A program made the translations under genes and the position numbers. The notes below the pieces were generated by a model. That model made no database searches. It saw nothing but the letters and a program-made list of their open reading frames with translations, and was not told where the DNA came from. A stretch of DNA of 64,000 bases, from the NCBI GenBank assembly GCA_963698865.1, contig CAVOSL010000002.1, positions 166,514 to 230,513 on the forward strand, in the 5' to 3' direction. The DNA comes from an uncultured Acidobacteriaceae bacterium. Lineage in GTDB: Bacteria; Acidobacteriota; Terriglobia; Terriglobales; Acidobacteriaceae. Position 1 is the stretch's first letter. Every line of letters begins with the position of its first letter. Below, one piece after another: positions 1 through 8,690 of this stretch.

Positions 1-170
1 GCGGATTTCCTACAGGCTTGTTGTTGGGAATGCTGCTGAGCGGCGGGCGCGGCGGCGGCGGATTTGGCGGGGGCGGTTGGGGCGGTGGCGGGTTCGGCGG
101 AGGCGGCGGTGGATTTGGCGGCTTCGGCGGCGGAAGCACGGGCGGCGGCGGAGCCGGCGGTAGTTGGTAA
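1..170 (+). CDS. TPM-domain (YgcG-like) protein, C-terminal fragment; 5' end outside window
   Basis: Frame 3 reads GFPTGLLLGMLLSGGRGGGGFGGGGWGGGGFGGGGGGFGGFGGGSTGGGGAGGSW-stop (taa 168-170). A hydrophobic segment followed by a Gly-rich tail is typical of TPM/YgcG C-termini, which often neighbour LemA. Confidence 0.45.
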   Translation, partial: GFPTGLLLGMLLSGGRGGGGFGGGGWGGGGFGGGGGGFGGFGGGSTGGGGAGGSW

Positions 171-187
171 GAACGGAGTGACAAGCG

Positions 188-904
188 ATGGTTCCGGAAA
201 AATTGATTGCTGAGTTCGTCGGGCGCTTGCAGGCCGCGGCGGGAGCAAACCTGAAGTCGGTAATCCTGTACGGCTCGGCGGCGGCGGGAGACTATGTGCC
301 GAACTACTCCGACGTCAACTTGCTGTGTGTGCTGGGTGAGACGTCGTATGCCGCGATTGGCGGGCTGTCTGCGGCCGTAGAGTGGTGGGCCAAACAAAAG
401 CACCACGCACCGCTCTTGATGACAAAGGAAGAGTTACAACGCGGTGCGGATGTTTTCTCCATTGAGTTTCTCGATATGAAGCGGAATTATCGCGTGCTGT
501 GGGGCGAGGACGTGCTGAAGACGCTGGAGATTCCGATGAAACTTCATCGGGCGCAAGTCGAATACGAATTGCGCGAGAAAACAATTCTGTTACGGCAAAA
601 ATTACTAACGATGGCTGGAGATCGGAACGCAAAGTGGGAACTGCTGCTACGTTCAGCGCCGGCGTTTGGGACCTTGGCGCGGCACGCGCTCATTGCGATG
701 GGTGAACCGGCAGCCGCGTCCAAGCGAGAGGCTGTGCAGCGGCTGGCTGCGAAGACCGGACTAGACCCAGGCGCATTTTTGCAGATATTCGACGCGCGTG
801 AGCAGAAGATAGACCGCAAGAGCGTCGACCTTGATGAACTGTTCGCTCGATATCTGAAGGCGGTGGAACAAATGACGGCGGCGGTTGACACGATGCTGGA
901 TTGA
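188..904 (+). CDS. nucleotidyltransferase-domain protein (minimal NTase fold plus helical C-terminal half)
   Basis: ATG ORF with the GS-x10-D-x-N signature LYGSAAAGDYVPNYSDVNLLCVL. Confidence 0.7.
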   Translation: MVPEKLIAEFVGRLQAAAGANLKSVILYGSAAAGDYVPNYSDVNLLCVLGETSYAAIGGLSAAVEWWAKQKHHAPLLMTKEELQRGADVFSIEFLDMKRNYRVLWGEDVLKTLEIPMKLHRAQVEYELREKTILLRQKLLTMAGDRNAKWELLLRSAPAFGTLARHALIAMGEPAAASKREAVQRLAAKTGLDPGAFLQIFDAREQKIDRKSVDLDELFARYLKAVEQMTAAVDTMLD

Positions 905-908
905 GATC

Positions 909-942
909 GATTGCAGAGGTTAGAGGTTAGATTGCAGAGGTA
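909..942. repeat. heptamer word array (GATTGCA/GAGGTTA)
   Basis: gattgca gaggtta gaggtta gattgca gaggta. Shares the 12-mer attgcagaggta with 4576-4608. Confidence 0.6.
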
Positions 943-975
943 AAAAGCGAAGAATTCTTCTCTAAGGAGAATGCG

Positions 976-1587
976 ATGAAAGCATTCATTGGCGTGGTGG
1001 TTGTGTTGGTGATAATTGCGCTGATCGGGTTCGGACAATACGTTGGTGTCCGGAACACACTGGTTGCGAAAGATCAGGCGGTGAAGGCTGCGTGGTCGCA
1101 GGTGGATATCGTCCTGCAACGGCGCGCGGACTTGATCCCCAACCTGGTCGAAACCGTGAAAGGGTATGCGCAGCAGGAAGTGACCGTGTTTGGGGACATC
1201 GCGAAGGCGCGTTCGGCGCTGCTTTCGGCGGGCACTCCGGCGGATAAGATCGCCGCCAACAACCAGCTTGACGGCGCAATCGGCCGTTTGCTGCTGGTGG
1301 TGGAGAACTATCCGCAGCTCAAGTCGAATGAGAATTTCATGCGGCTCCAGGATGAACTGGCGGGAACGGAGAACCGGATCGCGGTGGAGCGCAAGCGCTA
1401 CAACGATACGCTGCAGGACTACAACACCTACGTGCTGAAGTTCCCCAACAATATTTATGCGGGCTTTGCGGGCTACAAGGTAAACGACGCTTACTTCAAG
1501 GCGGCTGAGGGTGCGCGCGAAGTGCCCAAGGTAAACTTTGGCACGGCCCCGGCGAACCCGGCGCCCGCAACCGCGCCGGCTCACTAG
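976..1587 (+). CDS. lemA: LemA family protein
   Basis: N-terminal TM helix, then NTLVAKDQAVKAAWSQVDIVLQRRADLIPNLVETVKGYA and ENYPQLKSNENF, which are characteristic LemA blocks. Confidence 0.9.
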   Translation: MKAFIGVVVVLVIIALIGFGQYVGVRNTLVAKDQAVKAAWSQVDIVLQRRADLIPNLVETVKGYAQQEVTVFGDIAKARSALLSAGTPADKIAANNQLDGAIGRLLLVVENYPQLKSNENFMRLQDELAGTENRIAVERKRYNDTLQDYNTYVLKFPNNIYAGFAGYKVNDAYFKAAEGAREVPKVNFGTAPANPAPATAPAH

Positions 1588-1642
1588 AGTGCTGCGCACG
1601 CCGCTTCGTGTGTTCTAATCGACATCTGTTCTAATTAACAGC

Positions 1643-2521
1643 ATGACTGAAGAGGAACTACAACAGGCTCGGGCGGCAAAGTGGCGCCTGGACGGGCGGT
1701 CCGTGCGCACGCTCGACGAGGCCCGCGAGTTTTTTGATTCCGTGGGATTCTGCTTGATGTATCCCGCGCGCCCGAGTGTTCTGGTGCCGACGTTTATTGG
1801 GGCCTGGGTGGGTGAGAACGATCGCCTGCCCTTGCAGCAGCACGCCTATGCCGATGCGCGCGCGAACGAGGCGATGGGCCTGATGGTGCGCGCGCTGCGC
1901 GCCAAGGCGGCCTATGAGGCGCCGCTCGTCGACGAAAACAATCCCTTCCTGGTGTCCCCCGCGGCCTTTCCATTTTTCTATGCGCTGGTGGGCGAGCGGA
2001 ACCCAAAGCTTCCTCCCAAAGCCGGGCCGCGATCGGAGTATTCGCAGTTGGCCTGCGATGCATTTCAGATTATCCGCAAGCACGGGCCGATTTCAAAAAA
2101 AAGGCTTGGCGAGCTGCTGGGCGGCGGCCTTTCGACGGCAGGCTCGGATCGCGCGCTGGGCGAATTGTGGGCCAAGCTCCGCATCACGCGCGTCGATTAC
2201 AGCGAAGAAGAGGGCTCGGTGTGGGATGAGATGACGCGCTGGGCGCCCGACAAGGTGTGGGAAGGCATCAGCGCATCAATCGGGCAATCGCTCTCGGCGC
2301 TGCTCTCGAAGTATATGGACTGCGTGATCGCGGCCGAGCAGGAAGAAGTAGAAAACTTTTTCTCGAGTTTTGTTCCGCGTTCCAAGGTGCGAGACGCCAT
2401 CAAGGCCCTGCTCGCCGCACGCGAGTTTGGCTACGTGCACTCGGGGAGCAAGTCGCTGTTGCAAGTGGCGCCACGCCGGGAAGCGTTCGTGCTACGGCCA
2501 CGGGTGGAGCGAGCGCGGTAG
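1643..2521 (+). CDS. conserved hypothetical protein
   Basis: Clean 292-aa ORF with coding-like composition. I cannot name a motif. Confidence 0.5.
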   Translation: MTEEELQQARAAKWRLDGRSVRTLDEAREFFDSVGFCLMYPARPSVLVPTFIGAWVGENDRLPLQQHAYADARANEAMGLMVRALRAKAAYEAPLVDENNPFLVSPAAFPFFYALVGERNPKLPPKAGPRSEYSQLACDAFQIIRKHGPISKKRLGELLGGGLSTAGSDRALGELWAKLRITRVDYSEEEGSVWDEMTRWAPDKVWEGISASIGQSLSALLSKYMDCVIAAEQEEVENFFSSFVPRSKVRDAIKALLAAREFGYVHSGSKSLLQVAPRREAFVLRPRVERAR

Positions 2522-2525
2522 ACGG

Positions 2526-2578
2526 TTCCCAGTTCTCAGTTCTCAGTTCCCAGCGAAGACGTCTTTACTGAGAACTGG
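2526..2578 (+). terminator. hairpin built from AGTTCNC heptamers (possible terminator)
   Basis: ccagttctcagt (2529-2540) pairs perfectly with actgagaactgg (2567-2578). The loop holds a nested palindrome, aagacgtctt. Sits directly after the stop at 2521. Confidence 0.4.
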
Positions 2579-2651
2579 ACCTGCGGTGCGGAATCTTGAT
2601 CTCCCCGGATAGTTTTCGATACCCGAGACATGTAAAATCGCCCTTCGCACA

Positions 2652-3353
2652 ATGAATGCCCCTTCCCCACGAAAACTAATCATCGCCATCGACGGCCCGG
2701 CGGGCGCGGGCAAGAGCACGGTTGCTGCGCGCGTGGCGCGCAAACTTGGCTACGTAAACCTCGAAAGCGGCGCCATGTATCGGGCGCTGGCCCTGAAGGC
2801 GATTGAGGGGGACGCCTCATTCGAAGACGAGGCAGCGCTCGTCAAGATGGCGCGAGACTCGCATATTGCTCTGGAGCCGACCCTCACCGGCAACCGCGTG
2901 CTGCTGAACGATCGCGATGTATCCGCCCGTATTCGCGAGCGCGATGTGACCGAGGCAGCTTCGAAGGTTTCCGTGCACCCGCTGGTACGAGAGTGGATGG
3001 TGGCGCGTCAGCGCGACATGGGCCTGGGCGGCGGCGTGGTCATGGAGGGCCGTGACATTGGGACGAAGGTTTTTCCCGACGCCGATCTAAAGATTTTTCT
3101 CGACGCCGATCCGGTGGTGCGCGAGCAGCGGCGGCTCGATCAGCAACGCAACATCCATCCGCAGCGCAAGGGAGCGCCGGCCGAATCGATAGCTACCGAC
3201 CTCCGCGAGCGTGACCGCCGCGACCGCACGCGTGCCGCATCGCCGCTGGTCGCGGCCGAGGATGCGATCGTGCTCGACTCTACTTACCTGACCGAGGATG
3301 AGGTCGTGGAGCGGATCGAGAAGCTTGCGCAGGAAAAGCTTGCGGCGAGGTGA
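2652..3353 (+). CDS. cmk: cytidylate kinase
   Basis: P-loop IIAIDGPAGAGKSTVA, GAMYRALALKA, and typical length of 233 aa. Confidence 0.92.
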   Translation: MNAPSPRKLIIAIDGPAGAGKSTVAARVARKLGYVNLESGAMYRALALKAIEGDASFEDEAALVKMARDSHIALEPTLTGNRVLLNDRDVSARIRERDVTEAASKVSVHPLVREWMVARQRDMGLGGGVVMEGRDIGTKVFPDADLKIFLDADPVVREQRRLDQQRNIHPQRKGAPAESIATDLRERDRRDRTRAASPLVAAEDAIVLDSTYLTEDEVVERIEKLAQEKLAAR

Positions 3354-3430
3354 GCGGAGCGCCGCCGGGCCAAACTTTCTTCGTGTCGACGATTTCTGTA
3401 GCCTCGCGAGCCTGCTAAACTTCTCCCTCT

Positions 3431-4570
3431 ATGAAAGCGCAAGCGATTCTGGCTGCCTGCTCTTCTATTCTGCTGCTCGGTGTATGCCTCGCGCAGGCGC
3501 CAACCGCGCCTCCGACGACCGCGAATTCCGCCACTGAACTTCGCACCCCCGAAGAAAAGCATTTGCGCAATGTGCGCCAGCTCACCTTCGGCGGCTCGAA
3601 CGCGGAAGCCTATTTTTCGGCAGACGGCAAGAAGATTATTTTTCAGTCGACGCGCGGCGATCTCCAGTGCGATCAGATCTTCATCATGAATGCGGATGGA
3701 AGCGATCAGAGGATGATCTCGACCGGCAAGGGACGCACCACCTGCGCCTATATCTATCCACACAACGACAAAATTCTTTACTCGTCGACGCACCTCGCCG
3801 ATCCAGCTTGCCCGCCGCGCCCCGACTACTCGAAGGGATATGTGTGGGCGGTGTATCCGGGGTTCGACATTTTTACACAAGCCGACGTGCTAATGCCGCG
3901 TCCGCACCTCGACGGTTGCTCAAAGTTGAAGCACAAGCCAAACGTCGACCCTTGCGCTCCCAAGCAGCTGACTAAAACGCCCGGCTATGATGCGGAGGCG
4001 ACGATCTCCGAGGACGGAAAGAAGATCGTCTTCACCTCCATGCGGAACGGCGACCTCGACATTTATTCGATGAACGCTGACGGCAAAAACGTGAAGCAAC
4101 TCACCCACGAACTCGGCTACGACGGCGGCCCGTTCTATTCCAAAGACCGCAAGTGGATCGTATACCGCGCCTACCATCCCAAGACCGACGCGGAGATTGC
4201 CGAGTACAAAGATCTGCTCAAGCAGAATCAAATCCGCCCGACAACGCTGGAGATCTGGCTGATGAAGGCCGATGGCAGCGGCAAGCGGCAGCTCACAAAC
4301 CTAAATGCGGCCAGTTTTGCGCCATCGTTTTTTCCGGATGGAAAGCGGATTATTTTTGCGACCAACGTCGGCTCGACCGGCGGTATGGGGAACTTTGAGC
4401 TCTACACGATCAAGGTCGACGGCACCGGGCTCGAACGAATCACCTTCAGCGATGGCTTCGATGGCTTCCCGATGTTCAGTCCCGACGGCAAGCAACTCGT
4501 CTGGATTTCGCATCGCAACGGAAAAGCTCCGCATGAGACGAATGTGTTTATTGCGGATTGGGCGGAATAG
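3431..4570 (+). CDS. secreted TolB-like beta-propeller (PD40 repeat) protein
   Basis: Signal peptide MKAQAILAACSSILLLGVCLAQA. Repeated blades FSADGKKIIFQS, ISEDGKKIVFTSMRNGDLDIY, FSPDGKQLVWISHRNG. Confidence 0.8.
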   Translation: MKAQAILAACSSILLLGVCLAQAPTAPPTTANSATELRTPEEKHLRNVRQLTFGGSNAEAYFSADGKKIIFQSTRGDLQCDQIFIMNADGSDQRMISTGKGRTTCAYIYPHNDKILYSSTHLADPACPPRPDYSKGYVWAVYPGFDIFTQADVLMPRPHLDGCSKLKHKPNVDPCAPKQLTKTPGYDAEATISEDGKKIVFTSMRNGDLDIYSMNADGKNVKQLTHELGYDGGPFYSKDRKWIVYRAYHPKTDAEIAEYKDLLKQNQIRPTTLEIWLMKADGSGKRQLTNLNAASFAPSFFPDGKRIIFATNVGSTGGMGNFELYTIKVDGTGLERITFSDGFDGFPMFSPDGKQLVWISHRNGKAPHETNVFIADWAE

Positions 4571-4575
4571 AGAAA

Positions 4576-4608
4576 GGTCAGAGGTTCGAGGTCAAATTGC
4601 AGAGGTAG
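4576..4608. repeat. heptamer word array (NNGAGGT)
   Basis: ggtcagaggttcgaggtcaaattgcagaggtag, lying between convergent genes. Confidence 0.55.
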
Positions 4609-4611
4609 AAC

Positions 4612-5397
4612 CTACTCCTCCGAGGCCGCAGCCTTTCCCGCGGCTCTTTCGTGCAGCAACTGACTCTTGATATGGGCGGGCAGACGCGAAGTTTGTAGGA
4701 TTTCGTGCAGCCGAGCCGGGGATATTTCGCGCGCGAAGGCCAGCGCGCGGGCGAGCGAGAGATGCTCAGTCCGAAGTAGGGCGGTCTGCACATCGCGCCG
4801 GTACGACCACTTGGCGTGATGGGCCGCCGACTGCACCAGGGCCGCGCTGGCTTCCGACTTAAGAACCGCCTGCACAACCTGAACTTCCGTAAGCTGCGGG
4901 TTTTCGAGCGCCACCTGCATGACTCGTTCGTTGGCATCGGCGAGGAGCGCGCCCGCAATTCTCCCAGACGCCCGCCGCGCCAGCGTCAACCGTTCGCCGA
5001 GCGTGATCATTTTCAGGCGAGCAATCAGGGTCTCGTCCGCAGTCAGCTTCACATCCGCGGGCACAACGGGCGAGAGAGCTACCTTCATCAAATCAAAAGT
5101 GTAGAACTGGCGAATCAGCGGGATAGAAATCTGGCGTAGCGTGTGCGCATGGCAGGCCAGCGCGACTTTCACTTTGCGCAGTTTGAGCACAGAACGATTT
5201 TTGGCAAGCTGCTCGATCACGTCGGCGGGCAGATCGGCGCGCGCCAGCAGAGCCAGCGCCTGATCGCCGCTGAGCGCGGGATCGGAAGCCGCGCGCAGCA
5301 ATTCGCCGCGCTCGGTGTTGTGAATTGCCCCGCCGAGCGGCATCTCCGCGAATGACGGACCCGCAGACGATTCCGCTTTTACACTCTCTTCGGACAT
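4612..5397 (-). CDS. hypothetical alpha-helical repeat protein
   Basis: ORF 4612..5409. The ATG at 5397 (MSEESV) avoids crowding the upstream stop at 5413. Leu/Ala-rich helical repeats, no catalytic motif recognised. Confidence 0.5.
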   Translation of the reverse strand: MSEESVKAESSAGPSFAEMPLGGAIHNTERGELLRAASDPALSGDQALALLARADLPADVIEQLAKNRSVLKLRKVKVALACHAHTLRQISIPLIRQFYTFDLMKVALSPVVPADVKLTADETLIARLKMITLGERLTLARRASGRIAGALLADANERVMQVALENPQLTEVQVVQAVLKSEASAALVQSAAHHAKWSYRRDVQTALLRTEHLSLARALAFAREISPARLHEILQTSRLPAHIKSQLLHERAAGKAAASEE

Positions 5398-5412
5398 GTT
5401 TTCTCGCAACTG

Positions 5413-6330
5413 TCAGCCCGCGATCGCACTACGCGCCCGCGCCAGCGCTCCCAGCACGGGATCGACAGAATCGTCGAGCAGCTTGATTCCGGGAAAACTG
5501 CGCTTGAGCTGATTGTAAAAAACCTGGCGCACCTCCTCCGACTGACGAAAGACGCTGCCCGTGGTGGCCACTGGTACATACGGAGGAGCGGGAGAAACAC
5601 GCCGAAGAACGATGCCCGCAAGGACAGCGAGTTCCCTTCCAGCGCGGCCCAATAATTCGCGCGCAACCGAGTCGCCCTCCGTGGCGGCCCGCACGATGAC
5701 AGGAAAAAGGCGCGGAAACTCCGGAGGTGGAGTCGCGTTGGCACGCTGAATAAGCGCGTCGATGCTGTCGAGTTTCCAGGCTTCCAGAATGAGCGCGGTC
5801 AGCGCGGTTTTATATCCCTCATCGCGGGCATGCAGCAAAGCAGAGATCGCATGACGCCCGATCCAGTGCCCGGAACCTTCATCAGAGATCGCAAATCCCC
5901 AGCCGCCCGCGCGTGCGGTATGTCCGGACGCGTCGCGGCCATAGACGATCGAACCAGTTCCGGCAATCGCAATCACGCCCGGTCCGGAGCCAAACGCGGC
6001 TTCGAGCGCGATGGCGGCATCTCCGACGACTTCGACGCGCGCGGCGGATTGCAGGCCGATCTCCGCGAGGATGCTGCGAACTTTCGCGGCAATCTCAGGC
6101 CGCGCTGCGCCGGCAGCGCCGATGCACACCGCGTCAATCTGACCGGCGGTGATTTTGGCTATCGCGCAGACCTGCCGCACTACCGCATGCAGCGATTCGC
6201 GCGCCTGCGCCTCGCCGAGGCGGACGATGTTGCTCCCACCTGAAACCGCCGTGGCCAGCACAGCCGTCTCATTGCCGAGAACGCAGCGCGTCTTGGTGCC
6301 ACCGCCGTCGATGCCGAGATAGAAACCCAT
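5413..6330 (-). CDS. BadF/BadG/BcrA/BcrD-type ATPase (N-acetylglucosamine kinase-like)
   Basis: MGFYLGIDGGGTKTRCVL phosphate-1 motif, IAGTGSIVYG, ISDEGSGHWIG. Confidence 0.85.
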   Translation of the reverse strand: MGFYLGIDGGGTKTRCVLGNETAVLATAVSGGSNIVRLGEAQARESLHAVVRQVCAIAKITAGQIDAVCIGAAGAARPEIAAKVRSILAEIGLQSAARVEVVGDAAIALEAAFGSGPGVIAIAGTGSIVYGRDASGHTARAGGWGFAISDEGSGHWIGRHAISALLHARDEGYKTALTALILEAWKLDSIDALIQRANATPPPEFPRLFPVIVRAATEGDSVARELLGRAGRELAVLAGIVLRRVSPAPPYVPVATTGSVFRQSEEVRQVFYNQLKRSFPGIKLLDDSVDPVLGALARARSAIAG

Positions 6331-6516
6331 GGAATCGGGTCATCGGGCGATCGGGTCATCGGGCGATCTAAACGTCCGACGAAACGATCCCGCAATGTCG
6401 GTAGTAGTTCTAACACAGGTTCGGGCAGATTTTAGGCGTGGAACATGCTTCTACAATGCTCGACAATTCACTTCAGGATCTGGACGCGCCAGCCCTCGAA
6501 TGAAAGAGAGCAAAGT

Positions 6517-6609
6517 CTTACACCGCAAAGTTCGCAGAGATTTCGCAGAGGACGCCGAGAAGTTCTCTGCGCTCTCTGCGATCTTTCTCCGCGTACTCAG
6601 CGGTTAAAG
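6517..6609. repeat. ~95-nt imperfect hairpin element built from CGCAGAG/CTCTGCG words (copy A)
   Basis: caccgcaaag...gcagaggacgccgagaagttctctgc...ctcagcggttaaag. Same architecture as 8567-8665. Confidence 0.7.
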
Positions 6610-6671
6610 TCTTTCCATCGGTCTGCCGCCGGCACAGGGCAACCTGGTCCGCACTACATCAAGGAGTCGCG

Positions 6672-8159
6672 TTGGGATTGAATCGACTCGATCTGCTGAT
6701 CATCGCGGCGTATCTCGTGGGGATCACGCTTTTTGGCCTGCGCTTCCGCAAGCGCCAGCGCACCATGCGCGATTACTTCCTGGCCGACCGCGACATCCCG
6801 TGGTGGGCAATTTCGCTGTCGATCGTTGCGGCCGAAACCAGCACCCTGACCATCATCAGCATTCCCGGCCTCGCTTACGATTCGAACCTTACGTTTCTTC
6901 AACTCGTGATGGGCTATGTAGTGGGGCGAGTCATCATTAGCTTTGTTCTCTTGCCGCAATATTTTCGCGGCGATCTTTACACCGCCTACCAGCTAATTGA
7001 GCGGCGCTTCGGACCTACGCTACGCAGCGTAACGGCCGGGCTATTTCTGCTGACGAGGGCGGCGGCGGAAGGCGTGCGCGTGTATGCGGTCTCAATCGTA
7101 GTGTCCATCGCCCTAGGGACAGGAGAGATCACCTCGATCGCGATCATTACGATGCTCACGTTGATTTACACGTTCGAGGGCGGCCTAGCCGCGGTCATCT
7201 GGACCGACGTGGTGCAGACATTTATCTACATCGGCGGAACGCTGGTTGGGCTGTATACGATTCTTCATCTCATCCCCGGCGGATGGAATTCGGCGCACGC
7301 AATCGCGTCGGGCCTGCACAAGTTTCAGATATTCGATTTCCAGCTCCTCGGTCCGACCCCATTCCGCGTTCCCGGCCCGGGTTGGTGGGATTGGCAGTTC
7401 GCCTATCTCACGAAGCCCTATACCATCTGGGCGGGAATCATCGGCGGCGCGTTCCTCACCACCGCGAGCCATGGCACCGACCAACTCATCGTGCAAAGAC
7501 TGCTGGCGGCCCGCAACCAGCGGCAATCTGTGCTGGCGCTGCTCTCGAGCGGCGTGGCAATTTTGTTTCAGTTTGCATTGTTTCTTTTTGTCGGCGTGCT
7601 GCTTTTTGCCTACTATCGCGTACCCTCCGCCACTTTTGGGCGGGCCGACCGGATTTATCCCACGTTCATCGTAAGCCGCATGCCGCATGGCATTTCAGGG
7701 CTTCTGATTGCCGCGATTCTGGCAGCTGCCATGTCGAACCTCAGCGCCGCGCTCAATTCCTTGTCCTCAAGTTTGATGATGGATTTTTACTTTCACTTCC
7801 GTCCGGAGCTGACCGAGGCTGCACGCCTTCGCCTTGCGCGGCTTGCTACTCTGGGCTGGGCGCTGGTTCTGTTTGCGCTGGCGGTACTTGCGCTCCATCG
7901 TGTCGGCCGCGTGGTCGAAGTCGGACTACAGATCGCATCGATTGCGTATGGCGCATTGCTCGGCGTATTTCTGCTCGGCGTGCTGACGCGGCGCGCCAAT
8001 CAGAATGGGGCCATTGCCGGCATGATTTGCGGCCTGGCAACTGAGCTTTATTTGTGGAGGATGACGCAGGTGGCTTTTACGTGGTGGGTACTAATTGGGA
8101 CTTGTGTGACTTTCGCAGTGGGATATGCTCTGAGCGCGATGGAAGGCGCAAAGAGATGA
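6672..8159 (+). CDS. sodium:solute symporter family transporter
   Basis: 495-aa polytopic membrane ORF. AAGGAG at 6661-6666 lies 5 nt before the TTG start. SSF-like blocks WWAISLSIVAAETSTLT and GLAAVIWTDVVQ. Confidence 0.8.
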   Translation: MGLNRLDLLIIAAYLVGITLFGLRFRKRQRTMRDYFLADRDIPWWAISLSIVAAETSTLTIISIPGLAYDSNLTFLQLVMGYVVGRVIISFVLLPQYFRGDLYTAYQLIERRFGPTLRSVTAGLFLLTRAAAEGVRVYAVSIVVSIALGTGEITSIAIITMLTLIYTFEGGLAAVIWTDVVQTFIYIGGTLVGLYTILHLIPGGWNSAHAIASGLHKFQIFDFQLLGPTPFRVPGPGWWDWQFAYLTKPYTIWAGIIGGAFLTTASHGTDQLIVQRLLAARNQRQSVLALLSSGVAILFQFALFLFVGVLLFAYYRVPSATFGRADRIYPTFIVSRMPHGISGLLIAAILAAAMSNLSAALNSLSSSLMMDFYFHFRPELTEAARLRLARLATLGWALVLFALAVLALHRVGRVVEVGLQIASIAYGALLGVFLLGVLTRRANQNGAIAGMICGLATELYLWRMTQVAFTWWVLIGTCVTFAVGYALSAMEGAKR

Positions 8160-8554
8160 CTCCGAATCGCATCACATCCGAAATCATCGGGGCGGCAATG
8201 AAGGTCCACCGTAAGCTTGGGCCGGGACTTCTCGAGTCGGCTTATGAAGCTTGCATGGAGTACGAACTGAAGACAGCCGGATTGCAGGTCGAGAGACAGA
8301 AAGCCGTGCCCCTGGTCTACGAAGCCATCAAGCTCGACTGCGGGTTTCGCGCCGACCTAGTTGTGAACGGACTAGTGGTGGTCGAACTCAAGTGTAAGGA
8401 AGCACTACATCCGGTCGACACCGCGCAACTCTTATCTCACCTCCGTTTGCTGAATCTTCCCATTGGCTTGCTTATTAACTTTCATGTCGTGCTTCTCAGA
8501 GACGGGATCCATCGACTGGTAAACAACTATCGGGAGGAGGATTTCGTGGCTTAA
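8156..8554 (+). CDS. GxxExxY protein (PD-(D/E)XK-type, 23S rRNA IVS-associated family)
   Basis: MTPNRITSEIIGAAMKVHRKLGPGLLESAYEACMEYEL contains G-LL-E-SA-Y. The ATG at 8156 overlaps the symporter stop (ATGA). Confidence 0.85.
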   Translation: MTPNRITSEIIGAAMKVHRKLGPGLLESAYEACMEYELKTAGLQVERQKAVPLVYEAIKLDCGFRADLVVNGLVVVELKCKEALHPVDTAQLLSHLRLLNLPIGLLINFHVVLLRDGIHRLVNNYREEDFVA

Positions 8555-8566
8555 GCAGAGAGCAAG

Positions 8567-8665
8567 ACCTTAAACCGCAGAGTGCGCTGAGAGATTCGCA
8601 GAGAACGCGGAGAAGTTCTCTGCGCTCTCAGCGGTTTTTCTCTGCGTTACTCTGCGGTTAAAGGC
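8567..8665. repeat. ~95-nt imperfect hairpin element built from CGCAGAG/CTCTGCG words (copy B)
   Basis: ttaaaccgcagagt pairs with actctgcggttaa, gcgctgagag with ctctcagcg, and cgcagagaac with gttctctgcg. Confidence 0.75.
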
Positions 8666-8690
8666 TTTTTGCTAGACTCGGCAACGAGGC

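Noticed and set aside
544-1599. Long antisense ORFs throughout the window (e.g. 544-1599 -, 11422-12765 -, 15854-17305 -, 21175-22179 +, 26771-27592 +, 37052-37933 -, 39915-41297 -, 44027-44824 -, 52838-54250 -, 57788-58591 -).
   Set aside because: Each lies opposite a gene with clear family motifs. Their products are Arg/Ala/Gly-rich low-complexity sequence, typical of stop-poor antisense frames in high-GC DNA.
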